From Myxococcota bacterium (GTDB taxonomy: Bacteria; Myxococcota_A; UBA9160; JAFDDA01), in assembly GCA_965228475.1 (NCBI GenBank), contig OZ245817.1, positions 2,304,001 through 2,368,000 on the forward strand: a DNA stretch of 64,000 bases. Direction: 5' to 3'. Made by a program: the position numbers and the translations under genes. This document shows positions 56,826 to 64,000 of this stretch, one piece after another. Under the pieces are notes generated by a model, which saw nothing but the letters and a program-made list of their open reading frames with translations, did not search any database and was not told the DNA's origin. Position 1 is the first letter of the stretch; the number at the start of each line of letters is the position of its first letter.

Positions 56826-58229
56826 ATGCGCTACCGAGCCACCCTCGAGTTCTTTCTCGCGTCCGTCCTGCTCTCGATCGGGAACTCCGGATGTCTGAAG
56901 CCGGAGCTCACCAAACGGCATGATCGGATCGTTCCCAGCGCTGGCGTGTGCACGGAGGCCGGGGCCGCCCTTGCGGCCTTCAGCATTCCGACGCCGGGCG
57001 CCGGGTCCTCGTCCGGCGTGACGGACCTCGACGGGCGGGGCCAGAAGGCGTTGATCCAGGCCGTGGCGGCCACTTCGCCCGATTCTCTCTTTGAGGAGCT
57101 CGGGAAGCGCTTCAGCGCACCCGCAGCGCGTCCGACCGTTGAGCATGCGAATCGCTTCCAGCGAACGGTGGTGCTGTCGGTCGATCACAAGGCCGCAGGG
57201 GCGGCAGATCGCATCCGCGAGGCTCGGATCACCCTGACGCCCGAGGGCGCAGACTTTCTGAGCTGGGATCGGTTCGTCACCGAGTTCGGGAGCGTGGACC
57301 TCGGCAAGATCACCGCGGGACAGAGCCGAACGTCCTCGCTCGAAGCGTCGATCGGTGCGCCCCAGGTTCCGGAGGGGCTCTCGGTCAAGCCGCGCGTCGA
57401 GGTTTCCCGCTCCCTGAACGAAGAGGTCCAGCTCAAGCAGCGCTACGTGACCCTCACCGGCATCCTCGATGCGGACCGGGCGGAGGTGATCCAGCAGGGG
57501 ACGACGGGGATCGACCTCGCCGGGAACGTGACCCTGGCTCTGAGCGTCGCGGTGACCCCCCTGCAGGGCCCCGTGGAGGTGACGGAGTTCTCCGGCCTCT
57601 CGGCCGGGGGAGGGCCGAGCCGCCAGGCGGACGTCCGTTTTCGGCTCTTCGAGGTCCACGTGCCGACGATCCCAGGGAAAACGGATCCGATCCAGGCCGC
57701 GGCCAAGCTGGCCTACGAGATCCGACACGTCACCAAGAACGCGAGAACCATCAGCGAGGGCGACGACCATGTCGCGCTGTGTTCGGGCGAGGCCAGCGTC
57801 GAGGGGAACTTCACGCTCGTTCCGGTCGAGGACATGAAGTTCTCGACGTGGCACCTGTCGGCCGAAGGTGCGGTCGATGCGGATCGCGACCCGCCCGCCA
57901 CGAGCGCGACGTATTCCGTCGAGGTGCCGCGGCGACCGAGCCATGATTGTTCCACCGACGACCGGGTCGAGCTCGGGTTCCGCTCGGCCGCGGCCGCGGA
58001 CGACCTGTTGACGTGGCTCTCGGCGACGACCGCGGCGAGACCCGACGAAGCCGTCCAGATCGCGAACCGGCCGCTGTGCCAGTGCCTGAATCGCTACCGG
58101 GACGACGCCTGGGTCGACAGCGAGTGCGGTCCGATGAGGGGCCTGCTCGTGCCCGAGCTCTACACCTGGGAACACCGGGTCAACTGGCAACCTTCATCGA
58201 CGCGTTCGAACGTCCGAACCGCGCCTTGA
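56826..58229 (+). CDS. Hypothetical lipoprotein, beta-rich
   Basis: GGAGG RBS, lipobox-like NSGC, 467 aa. Confidence 0.7.
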   Translation: MRYRATLEFFLASVLLSIGNSGCLKPELTKRHDRIVPSAGVCTEAGAALAAFSIPTPGAGSSSGVTDLDGRGQKALIQAVAATSPDSLFEELGKRFSAPAARPTVEHANRFQRTVVLSVDHKAAGAADRIREARITLTPEGADFLSWDRFVTEFGSVDLGKITAGQSRTSSLEASIGAPQVPEGLSVKPRVEVSRSLNEEVQLKQRYVTLTGILDADRAEVIQQGTTGIDLAGNVTLALSVAVTPLQGPVEVTEFSGLSAGGGPSRQADVRFRLFEVHVPTIPGKTDPIQAAAKLAYEIRHVTKNARTISEGDDHVALCSGEASVEGNFTLVPVEDMKFSTWHLSAEGAVDADRDPPATSATYSVEVPRRPSHDCSTDDRVELGFRSAAAADDLLTWLSATTAARPDEAVQIANRPLCQCLNRYRDDAWVDSECGPMRGLLVPELYTWEHRVNWQPSSTRSNVRTAP

Positions 58230-58251
58230 TGGCGAGGTCGCGCCGACCCGC

Positions 58252-58902
58252 CTAGCCCTGCCGGCGGCCCCACAAGAGGAGCCCGGCGATCGAGAGCAAC
58301 GCCAGGCTCGACGGCTCGGGGACGATCCGGAAGTTCGGGCCGAAGTAGCCGTCGGTGCGTCCGGGCTGTTCGGCGGCCGGGAAGTCGAAGCCGTTCGCGT
58401 CGCGGGGTGCGCCGTAGCTGATCTGGGGGACGGCCGTCGCGTCGACGACGAAGCGGAACTCGTCGCACAGGGCGCAGTTCGTGCTCGCCGTGTTGTCCGC
58501 ACCGATCACGTACTCGCCCGGAGCCAGCACGAGAAGCTCGATGTCGTTGAAGAGCCAGCGGCCCTCGGCGGCGGTCGAGGCGAAGGGGGTGCTGGCGTCG
58601 GTGATGATCGTCTCGGCCAGGAGCTCCTCCGAGCCGTCGTCGCGCCAGAGCCGGATCCGGTGGTCTTGGCGAATGCCTTCCTCGGCACTGCCCGAGGGCA
58701 GGAAGGAGTCGAAGAAGCCGAGGCCATCGACGGTGACCTCCTCGTGAACCGTGAAGCTCCAACCGAGGGTCAGGCTCTCCGAGAAGCGGTTCCCGGTTTC
58801 GCCGACGAAGTCGACGGCCAGGACGGCGTGGGCCGCCGCCGGGGTGAGCAGGGCGAGCGCCAGGGCGAAGGCGGAGACGGAACGGCGGATGGCTGTGGCC
58901 AC
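58252..58902 (-). CDS. PEP-CTERM surface protein
   Basis: Signal peptide ending AHA, TLGWSF.V..LG.FD, YFGPNF, VPEPSS + TM + RR. Confidence 0.85.
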   Translation of the reverse strand: MATAIRRSVSAFALALALLTPAAAHAVLAVDFVGETGNRFSESLTLGWSFTVHEEVTVDGLGFFDSFLPSGSAEEGIRQDHRIRLWRDDGSEELLAETIITDASTPFASTAAEGRWLFNDIELLVLAPGEYVIGADNTASTNCALCDEFRFVVDATAVPQISYGAPRDANGFDFPAAEQPGRTDGYFGPNFRIVPEPSSLALLSIAGLLLWGRRQG

Positions 58903-59043
58903 GATCGGGACTCCCGCGCGTCCGGCGCGCGGAGCCCGGGCATCGGGCGGCACGGCCGGAGTTGGTCCCTGGGAAGTGGTCGGAGGGGGGCCGTTGTGGC
59001 AACCGATCGGCAAAGAACGGGCAAACCCCGGGGGATCGGCGGG

Positions 59044-59517
59044 CTAGGGGAGGGGGCCCCGGAGGCGGACGCCCGAGGCCGTGAAGGCGACCTCGCGCTG
59101 CGGGCCGACGATCGAGGCCGGGTCCCCGTCGCGGGATTCCTCCTCGTAGTGGCGCGCGCGGTCCTCGGAGATCGTCTTCACCGTGACCACGCCCTCCGCC
59201 TGGGCGCGAGCCCCGACGGCGTCGGGCGGCAGGAAGAAGCCGTAGCCGAGGAAGCGGATGCGGATGTGCTCGCCGCCCTCGCGCAGGACCGTCCAGCAGC
59301 CCTTCTTCTGACAGACGTCGACGAGCGTTCCCGAGAGGAGGATGGGCTTCTCGGTGAAGGTCTCCGGCGCGCGGAGGACGTCGGCGAGGGGCGTCGCCTC
59401 GGAGAGCGTCGGCGGGGCGCCGAAGTACCGGACCGGCGGCGCCTCGGCCGTGGCCGCGACCGCAACGAGCGTGGCGCTCAGAAACCCGAGGAGGCCGAGC
59501 CGAGTTCGTCTTCGCAT
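59044..59517 (-). CDS. DUF4920-like exported protein
   Basis: VCQKKGCW, YGFFLP, ARHY, F.ASGV. Confidence 0.85.
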   Translation of the reverse strand: MRRRTRLGLLGFLSATLVAVAATAEAPPVRYFGAPPTLSEATPLADVLRAPETFTEKPILLSGTLVDVCQKKGCWTVLREGGEHIRIRFLGYGFFLPPDAVGARAQAEGVVTVKTISEDRARHYEEESRDGDPASIVGPQREVAFTASGVRLRGPLP

Positions 59518-59683
59518 GGGGCGAGACTAGCAGCCGCCGCAGAGCCTTCTTGAACCGAGGAAGGGCCGAGAGGTGAGGGGGAGCCCCCGCGCGCTGAATT
59601 CCGCGGGGCGAAGCCCGGTCGAAGGTCGGAACCGGGCCCGCTCCGCGTAGGATGGGGCCGGCACCACTTCGCTGGGAGACCCC

Positions 59684-60889
59684 ATGAGCCACCCGAATCG
59701 ACGGATCCGACGCCTCTTCGCAACGGCCTTCGCCCTCGCCGCGGGCCTCCTGTTCGCCACCGCGGCCATCGCCGCCGGCCCCAAGGCCACGGCCCAGCCC
59801 ACCGGGCGCACCATCGCGCCGCGCGCGCTCGCCTGCGTTCCGCCGCTCGTCGCGAGCCCCGATGGCAAGGGCTGCGTCTGCCCCGAGGGCACGAAGCCGA
59901 GCGGGAACCAGTGCGTCCCCGCGCCGGGCATGCGCGCGATCCAGCCGCGGGGCGGCCTCCAGAAGAAGGCGCCGACGATGATCGAAGCCGTCCCGCAGCG
60001 CGACGGCACGCTCGCTCCGAAGCGCAGCGGCATGGACGGCCCGAGCGCCGTCATGCAGAAGAACCGCGGGCTCACGCGCATGACGACGCGGGCGGGCGAG
60101 TTCGGCACGCTGCTCGAGGTGCGTCAGATGTCCGGCGACGTCATGACCGCCTGGGGCATCACCCACGCCATCCAGACCCCGCAGCAGCTCACCTTCCGCT
60201 GGACCACCCAGGCCGCGAACCCGGCCTCCGCGCGCCAGCGCATCACCGGCCTCACCTCGAACGGTTCGCCCGTCGTGCTCCAGGACAGCATGGCGCCGCT
60301 GCCGACCGGGCCGTATGCCTTCTTCAACTTCCCGTTCCCGTCCGGCTTCGAGAGCTTCATCGTCCAGGTCACCGTCATCGACGGCGGCGGCCAGGAGATC
60401 CAGAGCGTTCCCGTCCACATCACCTACGGCGCACCGACCGGGCCGACCCCGCGCATCAGCATGCCGCAGATCATTCTCACCATCACCGAGATCCACATGA
60501 TCGACGACAGCGACCTGCACGGGAGCGGCGAGGTCGACTTCTGCGCCTGGGCCACCTGGACGGGCGGAAGCACCGGCCAGACGATCTTCTCGAACGACGA
60601 CATCGCCTCGGGCGCGAGCTTCAACCCCAACGCGACCGTCGTGGTCGACGCGACGCCCCAGAACCTGACGCTCCACGTCAAGGGCCGCGACAGCGACACC
60701 CAGAGCTTCACCACCGTCGGCTGCGAAGGCGACACCAGCGACTACGACTTCGCCACCGGCCAACGCCACATCCACATCGGCCCCGCCGCCGCCGACACCC
60801 CGGCCCACGCCTTCACCGACTTCCCCGTGCACGGCACCGAGGACCTCGAGTTCGTGGTGAAGGGGACGTGGAAGGTGAAGACGCCTTAG
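59684..60889 (+). CDS. Hypothetical exported protein
   Basis: GGGAG RBS, signal peptide, short four-Cys module, beta-rich C-terminus. Confidence 0.78.
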   Translation: MSHPNRRIRRLFATAFALAAGLLFATAAIAAGPKATAQPTGRTIAPRALACVPPLVASPDGKGCVCPEGTKPSGNQCVPAPGMRAIQPRGGLQKKAPTMIEAVPQRDGTLAPKRSGMDGPSAVMQKNRGLTRMTTRAGEFGTLLEVRQMSGDVMTAWGITHAIQTPQQLTFRWTTQAANPASARQRITGLTSNGSPVVLQDSMAPLPTGPYAFFNFPFPSGFESFIVQVTVIDGGGQEIQSVPVHITYGAPTGPTPRISMPQIILTITEIHMIDDSDLHGSGEVDFCAWATWTGGSTGQTIFSNDDIASGASFNPNATVVVDATPQNLTLHVKGRDSDTQSFTTVGCEGDTSDYDFATGQRHIHIGPAAADTPAHAFTDFPVHGTEDLEFVVKGTWKVKTP

Positions 60890-61027
60890 GGCGCCAGCCT
60901 TCGTTCGCGCCGGCTCGTAATTGAGATGCCGCCCGATCCGTGAGGCGGGCTTTGGCGTTTCCATGCCACGGCGGGGGCGCTGAAGTCCACCTATCGCCTA
61001 GACGATTCCTGCCACGGAGGCCTCTAG

Positions 61028-61696
61028 GTGAAGCGTCGAGTCCTATGCGCGGTCCTGGCATGCATGATTCCGAATGTGGGGGATGCACTCGTCATTGACG
61101 ACTTCGAGGCGGGGGCCATCTCGCGGGGGACCCGAGGCAGCCTGACGCAGAGCATGCTTCCGACCGATCACGTGCTTGGGGGGACCCGGGAGATCAACCT
61201 GGGCCGGGCGCCGTCGTATTCCCTGGAGCTGACGGATGGTGATGATGGGCTCGAGTTCGCGCGAGAGTTCATGCCTACGATGTTGGCTGAGTTCCTCTAC
61301 CGGATTCCGTTGGGTGCGGACCTGGCCCCGAGCGGGGAAGATCGGTTCTTGATTCGGGCCGACTATCTGCTTCCGGATGTGTTCAACCGGAGGCTCGCGG
61401 TGGCGGTGCGAGACGGGAACGGCGGACTGTCGAATGCCGTCATCGATCCTTTCGAGCCCGGGGTGATCGAGATCCCCTTCGCGTCGCTCTCTCATCCGAC
61501 GGGCGTTGCTGCAGACCTCTCGGCCGCGGTCGTGGTCTTCGTCCAATTTGCCGCTTCGCTCAGGGACACCGGAGTGCCCGGGGCCCCGGGCCTGCTCATC
61601 TCGGACATCCGGACCGTCCCCGAGCCACAAGCCGCGCTGGTCGTTACCCTGACCTTCCTGTCCTTCTTGGTGCTTCGTCAGCCTCGTCACCGGTAG
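61028..61696 (+). CDS. PEP-CTERM surface protein (atypical codon usage)
   Basis: GGAGG RBS, LVIDDF...VLGG.RE, VPEPQ + TM + RQPRHR. Confidence 0.8.
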   Translation: MKRRVLCAVLACMIPNVGDALVIDDFEAGAISRGTRGSLTQSMLPTDHVLGGTREINLGRAPSYSLELTDGDDGLEFAREFMPTMLAEFLYRIPLGADLAPSGEDRFLIRADYLLPDVFNRRLAVAVRDGNGGLSNAVIDPFEPGVIEIPFASLSHPTGVAADLSAAVVVFVQFAASLRDTGVPGAPGLLISDIRTVPEPQAALVVTLTFLSFLVLRQPRHR

Positions 61697-61706
61697 AGTC
61701 CGCTTG

Positions 61707-62597
61707 TCAGAAAGCTCCGTGGGCCGCGCTCCAGCACGATACGACGAGGGCGGCGCCCGCCGCACCGGCCAGCCATTGGCCGGGACGTGGCGGCGGTTCG
61801 GGAAAGGCCCACCCGGCCAACGGGCCGGCCATGCATCCGGCGAAGAATCCGAAGAAGTGGGCCGAGAGATCCGTGCGCGGGCTCATCCCCGTCATGGCGA
61901 GCAGTCCGAAGGCCGCGGCGAAGGGCAGCCAGGCCCGTCCGCCCGCGAAACCCTGCCGCCTGCGCCGGACCACGCCGACACCGCCGAGGATGCCGACCGC
62001 CGCGAAGACCGCGGTGGATGCGCCCACCGAGATGTGGTGCGAACCGTAGAGCATGGCGTTCGCGTAGTTCCCCGCGGCACCGGCAAGCAGCACCAGCAAC
62101 GACCCGATGCCCGCGCCGAGCATCCCGCAGACCGCGGCGAGGAAGAGGGTTCCGGCCAGGACGTTCGAGAGCAGGTGGGGGAGGTCGGCGTGAAGGGTCA
62201 GGGCCGTGACGGTCCGGAAGAGATCGCCGGCGAGGATGCGCGCGGCATCCGCGCTGCCGGACTCGAACCACGGCCCGCCCGCCTGGCGCGGGCCCGAGAC
62301 CAGGAAGACGGCGAGCAGCGCGATCGAGAGGGTAATGCCCGGCTGGAAATCTAGCGGCGGGGGAGGGGCTTGGTTCTTGGGCGGATCGTCTTGGTGCTCG
62401 AGCGTCCACTCGTCGATCGCGCTTCGGGCTCGCTCGGCTTCGTCCCCGCGCACGGTGACGACGAGCCCACCGTCCCGAGCGCGGATGCGCGGTGCGAGGC
62501 CGATGGCCACGAGCACCAGCGCGTACTCGTCCGCCTGTCCGCGACTGGAAACGGCGCAGACCTCGACCTCGGCCGGGGTCCGATCGTGCGGATCCAT
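61707..62597 (-). CDS. Rhomboid family intramembrane serine protease
   Basis: TALTLHADLPHLLSN, SVGASTAVF (GxS), TDLSAHFFGF. Confidence 0.92.
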   Translation of the reverse strand: MDPHDRTPAEVEVCAVSSRGQADEYALVLVAIGLAPRIRARDGGLVVTVRGDEAERARSAIDEWTLEHQDDPPKNQAPPPPLDFQPGITLSIALLAVFLVSGPRQAGGPWFESGSADAARILAGDLFRTVTALTLHADLPHLLSNVLAGTLFLAAVCGMLGAGIGSLLVLLAGAAGNYANAMLYGSHHISVGASTAVFAAVGILGGVGVVRRRRQGFAGGRAWLPFAAAFGLLAMTGMSPRTDLSAHFFGFFAGCMAGPLAGWAFPEPPPRPGQWLAGAAGAALVVSCWSAAHGAF

Positions 62598-62686
62598 GGG
62601 AGAAGGCTAGCCCCCTCTGCGCTGACTCCGGAGAGGGAACGCTCCCCAGCCAGGGCCGGGAGGTCTCCGAGGCCGTCTTCGTGCAG

Positions 62687-63451
62687 CTACTTTCCGCCGG
62701 TCTGATCCGGGCGCCGCTGCCTAGAACCCTCGCCGCCAAACCTTGCGGCCACCATCGATGGCTCCGAGCGGGGCGTCATCCAAAGCAGCGCGATCGCGAC
62801 CAGCGCGTACAGCGTCGAGGCCTCGGGTTCCGGCACGACGACCGACACGGCGCCCGGAGCGAAGTCGAGCCTGGCCACGTACTGACCGTCTCCGGAGAGC
62901 GACAGGGAGCCTTCTTCGTACCGCAGGGCTGCTCCGAACTCGTGCACGGTCCTGTAGTCGAACGGGCCGGGTCCGATCTTGATCGAACGACTGATCACGA
63001 GTTCGGGATCCTCGAAGATGGTCCCTGTCGAGCTCAGATGCAATCCCAGCAAGGAGATCGGCCTTCCGTCGAGCATGGAGATGCTCGGCGAGGAGTCGTT
63101 CACAGAAATCATGTCCGTCTTGACGGAGCCCCCGAAAGTGAAGATGCCGATCTCGTTGAGGCTCAGGCTCGCGTTGCGCAAGTCGAACGAGAGCCCGGCG
63201 GCCTGAAGCTCCACGACCCCCGACGAAAGGACGTAGAAGGTCGAGATCCCGCTCCCCCCCGGAACGGTCGGCTCCCGCTCGACATACTCGAAGGAGATCC
63301 GGATCGGGTCGCCCACCGAGAACCTGCTGCCGAACGCAAGCGGCACCGAGGAGACCGTTGTCTCCACAGCCACCTGGATCGTGGCCGCGTGGCTCAGCAC
63401 GGGGAGAAGGAGCGTCGCGCAAGCAGCGACCAGGGAGCGAATAGGGAGCAT
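62687..63451 (-). CDS. PEP-CTERM-like surface protein (atypical codon usage, extended tail)
   Basis: GGGAGG RBS, signal peptide ending SHA, VPEPE + TM. Confidence 0.75.
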   Translation of the reverse strand: MLPIRSLVAACATLLLPVLSHAATIQVAVETTVSSVPLAFGSRFSVGDPIRISFEYVEREPTVPGGSGISTFYVLSSGVVELQAAGLSFDLRNASLSLNEIGIFTFGGSVKTDMISVNDSSPSISMLDGRPISLLGLHLSSTGTIFEDPELVISRSIKIGPGPFDYRTVHEFGAALRYEEGSLSLSGDGQYVARLDFAPGAVSVVVPEPEASTLYALVAIALLWMTPRSEPSMVAARFGGEGSRQRRPDQTGGK

Positions 63452-63525
63452 CGGATCGGGCCTCCCTGTTGAGTGGCTGCCCGACCGTCCGAATCGCGCG
63501 TGCCGCGGCACGTGCTTGATCCCTG

Positions 63526-63565
63526 AAAGAAAAAGCCCCCGGAACCACAAGGATTCCGAGGGCTT
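63526..63565 (-). terminator. Intrinsic terminator of the tRNA gene
   Basis: AAGCCCTCGGAA-loop-TTCCGGGGGCTT then TTTCTTT on the minus strand. Confidence 0.85.
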
Positions 63566-63568
63566 GAT

Positions 63569-63645
<77 letters not shown>

Positions 63646-63665
63646 GCAAGATCTCTGGTGGCGGC

Positions 63666-63693
63666 AAGATAGGCGAGAAGGGGCGCGCGTCAA
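63666..63693 (-). promoter_or_regulatory. Sigma70 stable-RNA promoter for tRNA-fMet
   Basis: TTGACG-N16-TATCTT followed by GC-rich discriminator GCCGCC. Confidence 0.75.
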
Positions 63694-63800
63694 GCGCGCG
63701 GGATTGCGTGCGAGATGCGAGCGCTTGGGGGCGCAACCCCCCGGCACTTCGACATTTTTCCGTTTCTGGGGCCACTCCCTTCCAGAACCGGAGGAGCACC

Positions 63801-64000
63801 ATGCGCATCCTGAACCACCCGCTGACCCTGGGCCTCGCTGCGGCCGTCGCCATCACCGGCGTCGCGCTGCCCGCCGCGGCCGGATCCTTCTACCGCTACG
63901 AAACCGAGACCGGCGGCATCGCCTACACGGACGACGCCAAGCGCATCCCCGCCCGCTACCGCGACGCGGCCGAGCACGTCACGACGAAGAGCCTCGAGAG
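63801..64000 (+). CDS. Exported DUF4124-like protein (3' truncated by window)
   Basis: GGAGGAG RBS, signal peptide, FYRYETETGGIAYTDD..RIP.RYR. Confidence 0.75.
   Translation, partial: MRILNHPLTLGLAAAVAITGVALPAAAGSFYRYETETGGIAYTDDAKRIPARYRDAAEHVTTKSLE

Overview
High-GC chromosomal window from a diderm bacterium. Gene content (glnD, xerD-nucleotidyltransferase-scpAB-rluB, ydbH-ynbE-ydbL, PEP-CTERM proteins) suggests a deltaproteobacterial/Myxococcota-like lineage; this is an inference. About 65 real CDSs sit among many shadow ORFs. The left part is housekeeping (mutS end, glnD, xerD, scpAB, rluB, GTP-type PEPCK, mgtE, HelD-like ATPase, Ada/AlkA). The middle is rich in lipid metabolism (S1P-lyase-like enzyme, GlpD/alkyl-DHAP-synthase-like/FGGY triplet, CYP124-like P450, EchA19-like crotonase, WS/DGAT) and carries tupBCA. 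The right end is a surface-protein-rich region with four PEP-CTERM genes, followed by an initiator tRNA-Met. Main observations: (1) a bacterial histone-fold gene fused to an N-terminal Cys/His zinc finger through a basic linker (55416-55934); (2) an exact KstR-type box upstream of the echA19-like gene; (3) scpB and rluB in one frame separated only by a TGA, with no canonical rluB start; (4) a probable CTG-start TetR with a double palindromic operator; (5) repeated leaderless-type promoters. No CRISPR array, transposase or prophage was seen. Homology calls come from recognised motifs, not database searches.
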